Of a stretch of 64,000 nucleotides of DNA, positions 1 to 10,600 are shown piece after piece. The translations under genes and the position numbers were made by a program. Each line of letters starts with the position of its first letter. Positions within the stretch are counted from its first letter, which is position 1. Origin of the DNA: Phycisphaerales bacterium (GTDB lineage: Bacteria; Planctomycetota; Phycisphaerae; WQYP01); assembly GCA_027451365.1 (NCBI GenBank), contig DAIDJN010000059.1, positions 32,001 through 96,000 on the forward strand, in the 5' to 3' direction. The notes below the pieces were generated by a model. That model saw only the letters and a list, made by a program, of their open reading frames with translations, was not told the DNA's origin and searched no databases.

Positions 1-41
1 TCTTATCGGCATCGTGGTGCAAACGATGCGCCAATTTCTTA

Positions 42-1544
42 TCATTTAGCCGCAGGCGGTTCCGTTGCCGCGCTGCGCCTGTCGCTTAATGAATTAATAT
101 ACCAGATGATCGCATCCAGTTTTTTCGTTTGTTTCGCTCCGCCGGCCAATTGCGCCGCATACATGGCGGGCATAATAGGGGAATAAGTTTTCACTATCAG
201 TTGGTCGGGGTTGATGATCATATCGCGAAGGAATCCATAATTCGCAATTTCGGTTTTGCCGTTGGTCAGCGCCTGCGGGTAGCCGGCAAGGTTTTTCCAG
301 GAGGGACCAACCAGATGCGTTCCATTTACGGTATGGCAGGAATTACAACCCATTGAAAAATACAGCTTTTTTCCCATGGCCACCATCGCCGCTGGCAGGG
401 GGGGGGAATTGGCCGCTGCCGAAGTCTTGGTTGTGGTGGTGCCTTGGCCACCGGCGGGCGACGCTTGGGGCGCGGCCCCCGGTATATTCGGCACCTTCGG
501 ACGCGACGCCGCGTTGGCATGGGCGCTAAGCGTATTGATATACCAGATCATCGCATTCAGTCGCCGCTGTCGGGTATGAGCTGGTCCGGCGAAATCATTG
601 TAGAAATCTGGCATAATATTGCCGTAGTTCTTCACCAGCTTGCGACCGGGATACAAAATCGCCTGTTTAAGATATGCATAATCCGCTATCACTGTTTGCC
701 CGTTGGCCAGCAGCACCTGGCTGCCAGCGAGGTCTTTCCATGTCGGCCCGGTGCCTGCGCTTCCGTCTACCGTATGGCAGCCGTTGCAGCCGTAGGTGCT
801 GTAAAGGTCTTCGCCAACTTCGGAAAGTGGTACAGCTTTTCCGTTCTTCACCCAAATATTAGCGGCGGCCTTGAGATATTCGTTGAACTCTTCCGGCGCG
901 GCGACGATTACCGGCGACCGCATCAGCGAATGGCCATTGCCGCAATATTCCGCACATTGCAGTTCATAATGCCCCACGCGTGTCGGCTTGACCCAGATCG
1001 TCATCACGCGGCCGGGTACCACATCCTTCTGAATCGAAAGGCTCGGAATCCAGAAGCCGTGCAGCACATCCGATGAAGTCATCGAAAGCTTCACCGCCCG
1101 ATTCACCGGAAGATACAGCGTGCTTGATACGGCATGGTTCGGATAGGTGAAGGTCCAAGCCCATTTCTGCGCTTTAACGCCAATGTTATACGCGTTTGTC
1201 GGAGGGACGTTCATGTTCATGTAATACTTGAAACCAAGCGCAAAAATAACCATGACAATAATCAGCGGAATAATTGTCCAGGTTATTTCCAACGGCATGT
1301 TGTGGTCGGGGGATGGATCGGCGTGCTGGCGCGACGGCGTCCGCCGGTAGCGAATGCAAAAATAGACCGTCAATACCGTAATTAATGCGGTGAAGAAGAT
1401 CGTTATTACAAAGAACAATATCCACAGGAATCGCACCTCCGGGCTGAAGGTGGATGCACCTTTGGGCAGCCACCAGTCGCCCGCGATGCGCGACAGCGAT
1501 TGAAGCGATGGGGACAGTGCGTGGATTGAATTTAACAGATTCAA
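42..1544 (-). CDS. coxB: Cytochrome c oxidase subunit II with two C-terminal cytochrome c domains
   Basis: Two TM helices, LEITWTIIP, DVLHGFW and CuA motif CAEYCGNGHSLM; two CxxCH motifs (CNGCH, CNSCH); TTG start overlaps the SCO stop. Confidence 0.93.
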   Translation of the reverse strand: MNLLNSIHALSPSLQSLSRIAGDWWLPKGASTFSPEVRFLWILFFVITIFFTALITVLTVYFCIRYRRTPSRQHADPSPDHNMPLEITWTIIPLIIVMVIFALGFKYYMNMNVPPTNAYNIGVKAQKWAWTFTYPNHAVSSTLYLPVNRAVKLSMTSSDVLHGFWIPSLSIQKDVVPGRVMTIWVKPTRVGHYELQCAEYCGNGHSLMRSPVIVAAPEEFNEYLKAAANIWVKNGKAVPLSEVGEDLYSTYGCNGCHTVDGSAGTGPTWKDLAGSQVLLANGQTVIADYAYLKQAILYPGRKLVKNYGNIMPDFYNDFAGPAHTRQRRLNAMIWYINTLSAHANAASRPKVPNIPGAAPQASPAGGQGTTTTKTSAAANSPPLPAAMVAMGKKLYFSMGCNSCHTVNGTHLVGPSWKNLAGYPQALTNGKTEIANYGFLRDMIINPDQLIVKTYSPIMPAMYAAQLAGGAKQTKKLDAIIWYINSLSDRRSAATEPPAAK

Positions 1545-2455
1545 GGTTTTGCTCCCGTGGCAGACGGACCGCGATGCTTATGTTCCCAATAAAACAGTGA
1601 CCCGAACATGGCTCCCAGGCCCACCACAACGGCTACCCCCGCCAGCGTCATCACGCGAAGGGCAATCGGCGTGTATTTGCCGGTATTCGGATTAAATTGA
1701 CAGCATAAAAGCAGTATCTGATCAAAAATATTGGTAATTCGATTGTCGCCCGCTTGCACCAATGCCAGATTCACATTGGCGGGGTTGTATTTAATGCCAA
1801 AAAAATAATTGGAAAGTCGTCCACCAGGGGTGCAAATATATATGCACGCTGCATGGTTGTATTGCCCCAGTGCTGGATAATACACATAGTGAAATCCGAC
1901 CGCTTTGGTTATCTTTGCAATCGCAGCCTGATTTCCCACCAGAAAATGCCAGTGTTTTTCCAAACCGGCCGCATCGGACGACGCCGCCATGTAGCTGGCT
2001 TTTTTCAGCCGGGCGGCGTGGGGTGTATCCGTGGGGTCGAAGCTTATGGTTATGACATCATAATCTGACCCGATGCGGGCCGAAATTTTGTTAAGAGTGT
2101 GAACCAGACCCATCTGAACAAAATTGCATACGCCAGGGCAGCGAAAATATACAAAATCCAGAATGACCGGACGGCCTTTGTGAAAATAATCACCAAGCCG
2201 GACCTGCTGGCCGTGGCTGTTCGTGAATTCAAGGCTCAGTGGTAACTTTCCACCAGGATGTGGGGATATGCCCGCATGGACGCTATCTCGCGCGGTTTGA
2301 ACCGCATTCTGAATCGAGTTAAAATCCGCTTTGGCGGGGCTTGCACCAAAGACGCCAATCGTCAATCCCCCGATGGCCAGCCAAAGCGCAGCACCGATTC
2401 CAAAGCGACCTCGCCGCTTGGGTATCAGTTCATTCTGCACCCTTTTCTGTACCAT
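1541..2455 (-). CDS. SCO1/SenC family copper chaperone
   Basis: YFRCPGVC (CxxxC) motif, SFDP, conserved His (YNHAA), C-terminal TM; lies between act genes and coxB. Confidence 0.9.
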   Translation of the reverse strand: MVQKRVQNELIPKRRGRFGIGAALWLAIGGLTIGVFGASPAKADFNSIQNAVQTARDSVHAGISPHPGGKLPLSLEFTNSHGQQVRLGDYFHKGRPVILDFVYFRCPGVCNFVQMGLVHTLNKISARIGSDYDVITISFDPTDTPHAARLKKASYMAASSDAAGLEKHWHFLVGNQAAIAKITKAVGFHYVYYPALGQYNHAACIYICTPGGRLSNYFFGIKYNPANVNLALVQAGDNRITNIFDQILLLCCQFNPNTGKYTPIALRVMTLAGVAVVVGLGAMFGSLFYWEHKHRGPSATGAKP

Positions 2456-2663
2456 ATCGTTAAATGTTCCTTTGTCTTTTTGGCCCGGCGCAATCTGAAA
2501 CCGGCTGTTTAAAACCCGGATTGCTCTATTGGCCGGTCATTACCGCAACGCCTCTGATTATAGCCGCCAGAATCTTCAAAAACGGATCAGGACTCCTTTT
2601 TCGTCAGCCACAGGCAACTGGCCTGTGCGGCAGCGGTGCCGCTTCCCATTTGTTCCTATTTTA

Positions 2664-3428
2664 TCATTTTGCCGGGCCATCTGGAACTGGTGGCTGCGTG
2701 GCTTTACTGGATTTATTACTCAAAGTATTAATGTACCAGATAATGGCATTCAGCTTGGTTTCATGCGGATGTTTTGGACCGGAAAGTTGTGCCGCATACA
2801 TCGCGGGCATTATGGGAGGAACCCCTTTGACCACAAGTTTATTCGGATGCAGAATCATATACCGCATAAACTTATAATCCGCGACTACCGTCTTGCCATT
2901 CGTAAGCGCTTGCGGATAACCCGCCAGGTTCTTCCAGGTGGGACCAACCAAGGCCTTGCCATTTACCGTGTGGCACGCATTGCAGCCCATGGAAACATAA
3001 AGTTTGGCTCCTAGAATGTGCAAGGCAACTTTCGGAGCGGGGGCACCGGTCAACATTTTTTCCGGCTTTGTGGCCAATAATACCGGCGGCAATGCGGTGT
3101 TGTATTCTGCTAATTCCATATCGGTTGCCAGGGCTACGCCAACCGTCGCCTTTTTATGTGAAAAGCTCGTCCAGTGCGGCTGCAAATCAGCCAATTGTCG
3201 GGCCTCAATTTTCGCGGCCCAATCGCCAACCGACGCCATTCGTTCCCGTTGAACCTCATGACGGTAATGGTGGAAATAGGCGGAAACCGCAATAATCAGA
3301 AATGCGACAAACAACACCAGAAATGTGCCAATAAGGATGATACTTTTGGCATCTGTTCCGTCATTGGAAACAGAATTCGGATGTGCCTTCGCAATCGGGT
3401 CATGGTGTGGTTGGTTTGATTCAGACAT
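2664..3428 (-). CDS. Membrane-anchored monoheme cytochrome c in the ActG position of the ACIII operon
   Basis: Single N-terminal TM, then a CNACH heme domain closely similar to the last CoxB heme domain; located between actF and SCO. Confidence 0.75.
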   Translation of the reverse strand: MSESNQPHHDPIAKAHPNSVSNDGTDAKSIILIGTFLVLFVAFLIIAVSAYFHHYRHEVQRERMASVGDWAAKIEARQLADLQPHWTSFSHKKATVGVALATDMELAEYNTALPPVLLATKPEKMLTGAPAPKVALHILGAKLYVSMGCNACHTVNGKALVGPTWKNLAGYPQALTNGKTVVADYKFMRYMILHPNKLVVKGVPPIMPAMYAAQLSGPKHPHETKLNAIIWYINTLSNKSSKATQPPVPDGPAK

Positions 3429-3436
3429 AGGTCACC

Positions 3437-4759
3437 TCAAAAATTTTCAAACGCAAGGGATTCCGGAAGCTTTGGATCCTTAAGCGGAAGCAGTGATCCG
3501 CGTTGCAGTAAATAGCAAGTATGCGCCATAAACAATGAACCAATTCCCATCAGGCACAGCAAACTTGTTGCCAACGCCATCGGGTGCAGCGGCAGCCAGG
3601 CAATTTTCGCCAAATCGTGTGGCAGCACATACGGATTAAATTTGTGAATACCCGCCATCGCTTTTTGTCCGATTTTTGTCGCCGACCATACCTGAGGCTG
3701 GATTTGCTCAAAAAAGTCCAGATAGGCAAAGAATAGCAGCCATATACACCAGAACGCCAGCAATGGCTTTTTTCGCTTGGACTGTCGTGGCAGCATTCCG
3801 AAAAGCGGAATAATAAAGTGCCCAAGGAACAATGCAATCGTCAGCACCAGCCATGGGCCCATGTCGCGAACAAGATAGTTGAGAGTTTCATCCGGCTTGT
3901 TGGCGTACCAGATAAGCATGTACTGGGCAAATCCCAGATAGGTCCAGAACATGGCCCAGGCGAAAAGCCAGCGGCCCATATCCTCGTAATGCTCCGCACT
4001 TACCGCGTTCTTGAGCCTTCCGCCCGCCTGCAGGATCATCGTCAGAAGAGGAAGAACCGCATAAATCATCATCGCGGTGGCGGCGAAGAAGAACCCAGGA
4101 TCAATATACGTAATCCATGTTGGTTCCAGTGTCATAAGCAGGTCGGCACCCGCCATGTTTATCACCCAGAATATAGTCAGGTAGCACCAGGCGGAATTCC
4201 ATTGCAGGGTCAGCAGACGCCTGACCTTGCCATCCTGATCCTGTTTGAGCGAAGCAAATCGCATGTACACGCTGATTCCGATAAGGGCAACGGCGTAAAG
4301 CGCCATCCGGATGTAGAAAAACTGCGGATTCAGATAGCCGATCTTGTTGTGCAGGTCCGGCGTGGAATTCATGTACGTGGCGCTCATCCAAGGATACAAC
4401 TGCCGCATTCCGAAAATGATCGGGATAAACAGCACCAGCAGGGGCACAAAATTTCCCGCCAGTCCTTCGGCCAGTCGGCGAACCACCACACTCCAGGTTG
4501 ACCGGAATAAATGATGCCCGATTACAAACAACAATGCGCTCGCACCGATGGCAAAACAGAATACCCACGCCGTCAGGTAGCTGAAAAAGAATTGGCGCAG
4601 ATGGTCGTGCATCGCCATGCCAAGACCGAAAGCAATGCCCAGCGAAATCACCCCTAAGGCACCAAAAATGCCCATCCACCGGGTGCCGGCGCTTTCCAGG
4701 TATAACTCTTCACGAGTTCCCAGTCTGATGACCTGTTCTGATGATTCACTCATGGTCAC
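3437..4759 (-). CDS. actF: Alternative complex III subunit ActF (NrfD-like membrane protein)
   Basis: About 10 TM helices, WSVVVRRLAE and FWTYLGFAQYMLIWYANKPDE motifs; operon position. Confidence 0.88.
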   Translation of the reverse strand: MTMSESSEQVIRLGTREELYLESAGTRWMGIFGALGVISLGIAFGLGMAMHDHLRQFFFSYLTAWVFCFAIGASALLFVIGHHLFRSTWSVVVRRLAEGLAGNFVPLLVLFIPIIFGMRQLYPWMSATYMNSTPDLHNKIGYLNPQFFYIRMALYAVALIGISVYMRFASLKQDQDGKVRRLLTLQWNSAWCYLTIFWVINMAGADLLMTLEPTWITYIDPGFFFAATAMMIYAVLPLLTMILQAGGRLKNAVSAEHYEDMGRWLFAWAMFWTYLGFAQYMLIWYANKPDETLNYLVRDMGPWLVLTIALFLGHFIIPLFGMLPRQSKRKKPLLAFWCIWLLFFAYLDFFEQIQPQVWSATKIGQKAMAGIHKFNPYVLPHDLAKIAWLPLHPMALATSLLCLMGIGSLFMAHTCYLLQRGSLLPLKDPKLPESLAFENF

Positions 4760-4769
4760 TCATGCTCCG

Positions 4770-5552
4770 TTATTGGCCGCCTCGGGCGGGCATATCCTTT
4801 AATTCAGTTCTGGTTCCGGCAGGCAACCGCGCGGGGGCGACCACTTTTTGTGACATTCCCAACACACGGACGTAGGACACAATCGCCCAGCGGTCGACCA
4901 CGGGTATTTGATCCTTATACGCCGCCATCGCCGCAATGCCGTTTGTGATGACATTGTAGATGCCGCCATCCGGCAGGGCCTGTACACCTATCAGCGTCAG
5001 GTTACTGGGTTGAACCCATGTGCCCGCATCGCTGCTGTCGCCGCCCTGGCGAAGTTCCTTGTCATAAATATTCACCGTGCCGTTACCCTCACCGTTATAG
5101 CCGTGGCAGGGGGCACAGAATATGTCGAATTGCTCTTTACCGCGGGCAATCAGTCGCCGTGTGACCGGAATCGGAATGTGGTTGATAAAGTTCGCCTGTC
5201 CTTTGTTCAGAACCTCACCATACATGACGCGCTGATACTGGATTCCGTTCCCCAAGACCACGTGGTCTTGGGCCCAGTCCCGCGGGTGGGCTCTCTGCTC
5301 GGCCATGTTGTCAAACACAAAATCCTGCCATGCCAGCGTACCGGGAATATGTGGCCGCATGCCCCGATGATCGGCAAACAGATCACTGCTGCGCTGCGGC
5401 TTCAAATAAGCCATTTTGTCCATATCCTGAATAATCGCGATGCGCGGTATATCCGTGCGTTCATAGCGACGATCGGCGATGACGGCCAGCGGTATCAGCG
5501 CCGCCATCACGATACTGCCTATCAGGAAAAACAGCATTGCTTTGGGATTCAT
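4770..5552 (-). CDS. actE: Alternative complex III monoheme cytochrome c ActE
   Basis: CAPCH heme motif, FADHRGMR and DRWAIVSYVR motifs; operon position. Confidence 0.85.
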   Translation of the reverse strand: MNPKAMLFFLIGSIVMAALIPLAVIADRRYERTDIPRIAIIQDMDKMAYLKPQRSSDLFADHRGMRPHIPGTLAWQDFVFDNMAEQRAHPRDWAQDHVVLGNGIQYQRVMYGEVLNKGQANFINHIPIPVTRRLIARGKEQFDIFCAPCHGYNGEGNGTVNIYDKELRQGGDSSDAGTWVQPSNLTLIGVQALPDGGIYNVITNGIAAMAAYKDQIPVVDRWAIVSYVRVLGMSQKVVAPARLPAGTRTELKDMPARGGQ

Positions 5553-5554
5553 AC

Positions 5555-6139
5555 TTAGTCCTTCACCAGTTCCACGTCCACCGCGCCCAGACCTTTCAGC
5601 AGTTCGGCGGTATTCACCGGGCTGAAACAGGGGTCCGTTGCCTCAATGGCCAGGAAAAATCCGTCGTCTGTAACCCGGCGGAACTGCGGCATTTCAAACA
5701 GCGGGTGGTGAAACCGCGGTAATCCGCAAAATACCCATACACACATGAACGCCGTAACCACACCGGAAAGTATCAGGGCCATAAATCCGACAACGGTGTG
5801 CGCGGGCAGGCCCCAATATGGTTTGCCGGAAAAAATCATCGGATAATCATACGCATTGCAAAACCACGCCAGCGCCAGCGCCCCCAGAGCGCCGGATGCC
5901 GCTGCGCCGCCCACCACCATCGGCAGAATCGATTTGGGAATCGCCATCACCCGGTCAAGCCCATGTATCGGGAAGGGTGTATAGCAGTCCCATCGGCGGT
6001 AGCCAGCCTTACGGATATCCGCGGCCGCGTCCACCAGGGCCTGCGGACTGGCGAATTCGGCCAGAACACCGAACAGCTTCGCTTTGTCCGGGTGGGCGCT
6101 TGAAGGGTTTGTATAAATGGTTGTCATTATTGATTCCAT
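5555..6139 (-). CDS. actD: Alternative complex III subunit ActD (DUF3341)
   Basis: GVLAEF...YTPFPIHGLD motif, two TM helices, DDGFFLAIEA. Confidence 0.88.
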   Translation of the reverse strand: MESIMTTIYTNPSSAHPDKAKLFGVLAEFASPQALVDAAADIRKAGYRRWDCYTPFPIHGLDRVMAIPKSILPMVVGGAAASGALGALALAWFCNAYDYPMIFSGKPYWGLPAHTVVGFMALILSGVVTAFMCVWVFCGLPRFHHPLFEMPQFRRVTDDGFFLAIEATDPCFSPVNTAELLKGLGAVDVELVKD

Positions 6140-6175
6140 CCGAATTTCAACACATCGCGGCCGTTCGTGCCGGGT

Positions 6176-7606
6176 TTAAATTTTAACCCCCGCCATTTTC
6201 GGTAGGTGCACATGCGACTGCGGCAGAATGCTTTTTACCTCATACATGGCGACGACCGGCACAAACCGGCAGAATAGCAGGAATAGTGTGAAGAACAGGC
6301 CAAAACTTCCCGCCAGCATGCCGTAATCAACCCAAGTCGGCACAAAATGGTGCCACGCGGAAGGAAGAAAATCGTGCGTCATGGATCCAATGATGATCGT
6401 AAATCGTTCGCACCACATACCGGTCAGACAGAACAGTCCGATTGGCGCTGCAATCCACCACTTCGTGCGGGCATATTTGAACCAGAGAACTTGCGGGAGA
6501 ACGCCATTGAAAAACAGCATGGCCCACCCGGCCCACCAGTAGGGGCCGAACATCCAGTTCATATAAACGTAACGTTCATAAGGGTTGCCACTGTAATAGG
6601 CGATAAAAAATTCAATTAGATATATATATAGCATGATAGACGCGAAAAACAGGGTGATTTTCGCGATATTGTCCAGATGTCGGTCGGTGATCAGGCTCTT
6701 AAGACCGAAGATAGCCCGGACCGGGTACGCCAGAAACATAATCGTGGCAAAGCCGCTGAAAATTGCGCCCACCGTGAACAGGGGCGGGAAAATTGTCTCG
6801 TGCCAGCCTGGAATAAGGGAAACCGCGAAGTCCGTACTGACCGTCGAGCTGACACCAAGCACCAGGCAGGTGGCCAGACCGGCTATGACCAATAATGCGC
6901 GGTCGTAAATTTTCCAGTGTTTTGCCGAACCGCGCCAACCCATGGCCAAAATGCCAAACACCGTATGCCGCAAACGCGTGGTCGCACGATCACGCAATGT
7001 TGCAAGGTCCGGCACCATTCCCAAATACCAGAACAGAACACTGACTGTGGTATAGGTTCCCACGGCGATGGCATCCCATAACAGCGGACTGTAAAAGTTC
7101 GGCCAGTCACCCATAATGTTCGGATACGGTGCCAGCCAGTACGCCAGCCACGGACGACCAACGTGAATGGCAGGGAACACACCGGCACAAATCACTGCAA
7201 AAACCGTGGTCGCCTCGGCAAATCGGTTAATGCCGGTTCGCCACTTCTGACGGAACAGCAGCAGAATTGCGGATATAAGAGTGCCGGCATGTGCAATGCC
7301 GACCCAAAATACAAAGTTGACGATTGGGAAGCCCCACCCCTGTGGCGAATTATTACCCCATACGCCCACACCTGTGAATACTTCATAACCAATGAGCGCA
7401 AATAACAGCCCGGCCAGACTCGCTGAAAGGAAAAAGCACGGATACCAGATGGCCGGCGCTCGCGGCGCTTCAATAATCCGACTGACCAGCGATGTCACTC
7501 GCTTGTAACTCGCCTCGCCGGTCATCAGCACCGGCGGCTTCATGTCGGTTTCCCCGGTGTTGTCAAAATCGACAGGCACTGAAACTTCGTTCACTGCTAG
7601 CGTCAT
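6176..7606 (-). CDS. actC: Alternative complex III subunit ActC (NrfD/PsrC family, quinol-binding)
   Basis: WGFPIVNFVFWVGIAHAGTLISA, INRFAE, HVGRPW, SPLLWD motifs. Confidence 0.93.
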   Translation of the reverse strand: MTLAVNEVSVPVDFDNTGETDMKPPVLMTGEASYKRVTSLVSRIIEAPRAPAIWYPCFFLSASLAGLLFALIGYEVFTGVGVWGNNSPQGWGFPIVNFVFWVGIAHAGTLISAILLLFRQKWRTGINRFAEATTVFAVICAGVFPAIHVGRPWLAYWLAPYPNIMGDWPNFYSPLLWDAIAVGTYTTVSVLFWYLGMVPDLATLRDRATTRLRHTVFGILAMGWRGSAKHWKIYDRALLVIAGLATCLVLGVSSTVSTDFAVSLIPGWHETIFPPLFTVGAIFSGFATIMFLAYPVRAIFGLKSLITDRHLDNIAKITLFFASIMLYIYLIEFFIAYYSGNPYERYVYMNWMFGPYWWAGWAMLFFNGVLPQVLWFKYARTKWWIAAPIGLFCLTGMWCERFTIIIGSMTHDFLPSAWHHFVPTWVDYGMLAGSFGLFFTLFLLFCRFVPVVAMYEVKSILPQSHVHLPKMAGVKI

Positions 7607-7696
7607 GGGTCGAATTCCCGGTCTTTTCTAAAACTTTCTCATTCACAATTGCATGGCCGCAATCTAGCGGCCGCACACCATCGCTTGGCTGCGGAC

Positions 7697-10600
7697 TTAT
7701 TGTGTCCCCAGCGGCGACGTTTCCACCGCCACAAGCGATGGATTCGGATTGCTGATCTTCGGCATAAAACGCGTCCGTGGACGCGTGTTCAGTTCATCAT
7801 TCAATATTCCATACATCCGCGGCTGTTTGAACAGCTTGGCCACGCGGGATGCCTTGTCGCGCATGTCGCCGAAAATCAACGCCTGCGTCGGACATGCCTG
7901 TGCGCATGCCGGAGTAATTTCGCCGTCCCTTATCCGGCGGTTCTGTCGTTCCGCGGTCACGCGGGCATCGTCAATTCGCTGCACGCAGTACGTGCATTTT
8001 TCTATGACGCCGCGCATCCGGATCGATACCTGAGGGTTCTTCTGCATGGCCGCAAGATCGTTCATGTTCGATCTTAGAATGTTCGGCTTATACAGGTCCT
8101 TAAGCGTGCCGCTGTTGTAATCAAAGAAGTTAAAACGGCGGACTTTGTACGGGCAATTGTTGGCACAGTACCGAGTGCCGATGCAGCGGTTGTAAGTCAT
8201 CATGTTCAATCCATCGGCGCTGTGGCTCGTGGCGCCCACCGGACAAACAGCTTCACATGGCGCGTTTTCGCATTGCATGCACAAAATCGGCTCATGCACC
8301 GCTTCGGGGGAATCCGCATTTGGCCCACGGAAATACCGGTCAATGCGTATCCATTGCATTTCCCGCCCGTTCATGACCTGCTGTTTGCCTACAATCGGAA
8401 TATTATTTTCCGCCTGGCATGCCACCACACACGCCGAACAGCTTGTGCAGGTGGTCAGGTCCACTGCCATGGCCCATTGATAACCCGTATCATAACGGTG
8501 CATTTCCCAAAGCGAGACAGCTTTGGCTTTTTTGTGGCCAAGCGATGGATCTTTCTGAAACTCCGCGAAGGTAGCCTGGTGAATAAGGTCCGGAATGCGG
8601 GCCGCCACCGCCTCTTGACTTAAGGTGCTGATCGCGAAGTGGTCCTGTGTGTTGGCCAGTTCATAGCTTTCAGCGGTCACTTTGACCGTCGCACCAGTCT
8701 GAAAATTCATCGCCGCAACACTTCGCAGGCAATACACATTAAACCCGGCGCCGTCCGCCACCGATCCCACACCTTCCCGCCCGTAACCCAGTGCAAGAGA
8801 AATGGAAAACTCCGGTTGCCCGGGCATGATATATGCCGGCATTTTCAATGTTTTGCCACCCACCGTAATCGCCAGCATTTGCGTTTTATGGAAGCTAAGC
8901 CCGATCGTCTTGGCGAGTTTCGGACTGATCACTGCGGCGTTATCCCATGTCAGCCGCGTCATCGGGTCCGGCAGTTCCTGCAGCCATCCGTTGTTGGCGA
9001 AGCGTCCGTCGTAGATTTTACTGTCTGGCCGGAACACAATTTCAATGTTCCCGGCACCTAATGCGGCCCGCGGCCGGGCGTCGATTGCCTGTGTCAAGTC
9101 TTTGGAAATACTCGCATTCAGAGTCGGCGTCAGGGCTGACCAGCCGGTGTCTTTAATGTAGCCGTCAAACAGGGCCTTTTTCCATTTCCACTCGCCAGCT
9201 TTCAGACCAAGTGTACGCTGAACAATTTCATAACCTGATACGACGGCGGTTTTTGACCCGCTTGGTAAAAGCATCGCCAGCGTTTCGATGACGCTTTTGC
9301 CTCCAAAAATCGGCTCAATCATGGGCTGTACTATGCTGATCGTTCCATCAAACGTGCGGATGTCACCCCAGCTTTCGAGGTAATGCGCCGCCGGCAAGTG
9401 CCAGGTGCACAAACGTGCGGTCTCATCCACATAATTTGAGAGTTGTATACTTTCCGTTACGTTGGCCAGTGCGGAAGCAAAATCCAGGTCCGCTGGGGCG
9501 TTATAGGCCGGGTTTACATCCAGCATGACCAGGGTCCTGATTTCTTTGTTTCGCATTGCTGCGGTCAGGTTGGTAATCGACTGGTCATGAGCGGTCCGGT
9601 CAGCGGATGGATCTTTGTAGTATTCAACCGTTTTGCCTGTGTTGCCCAAGGCGCTGTTCATGGCGGCGGCCAGTGCATGTACCGCTGCCGGTTGCTGGCT
9701 GCCCGCGACCACCACGCATTCGCCCTTATGGGTCAGAAGATCGGCCACAATTGCGTCAATGACATCCTGCCGCATCGGCTCGGGCAGTGTGCCGCCCAGC
9801 GATGGCAACTCCGGTATGTTAATTCCACGTTTTTTTAATCCCGCCGCAATCGCCACCGTCGCAATTACAACGTCCTGGCCCGGCAAGGGAATCCGATGGA
9901 GTGCATTTTCCGCAAGCGAGCCAGTGGCGGAAAATGTCGATTCTATGACATAGAGCCGATTCATGTCCGTTGCCGCGTCGCCCGTGGCCGGATCCGTCAG
10001 ACGTCGTCCGGCGGAGAAATCCCGTGATAATTTGACGGACAGCGGGTCCCCAACCACAAAATCAAAATCCAGCGAAACAATTACCCTTGCTTTGGCAAGT
10101 TGCGGCACCACGCGCATTGGTTCACCAAACGCCATCAATGTGCCGGCGCGGGCATTATCAGAGGAAATTGGTTCATATTCAAAAAACCGGGCGGAAGGAA
10201 ACGCCTTGGCGGTCCGCTTCAGCATATCTTGCACACTTGGCGAAGATGAGGCACCCGTCAGAAACGCCAGACCCTGCCCCTGACTTTTCTGCAAATCTCC
10301 ACCAATTTTTCGCCATGCGGTGGAAAAATCGTCCCAATTGCCTGGTTCCAAGCCGCTTTTGCCCTTACGCATCACGGTGCGGCTGCGGTCCGGGTCGTAC
10401 ACACCTAGAACGCTGGCCTGGCCATATATGTCGCTGGCACCGCCATTCAGCGGATGCGTCGGATTGCCATCGACTTTGATCGGCCGACCATCCACGCTGG
10501 TTACCAGCATTCCCTGGCCAATCCCCCCAAGGTCCATGCCCGTGGCATAATACACCGGAGTGCCCGGATCACGGTTTGCCGGCCGATGCGCATAAGGAGC

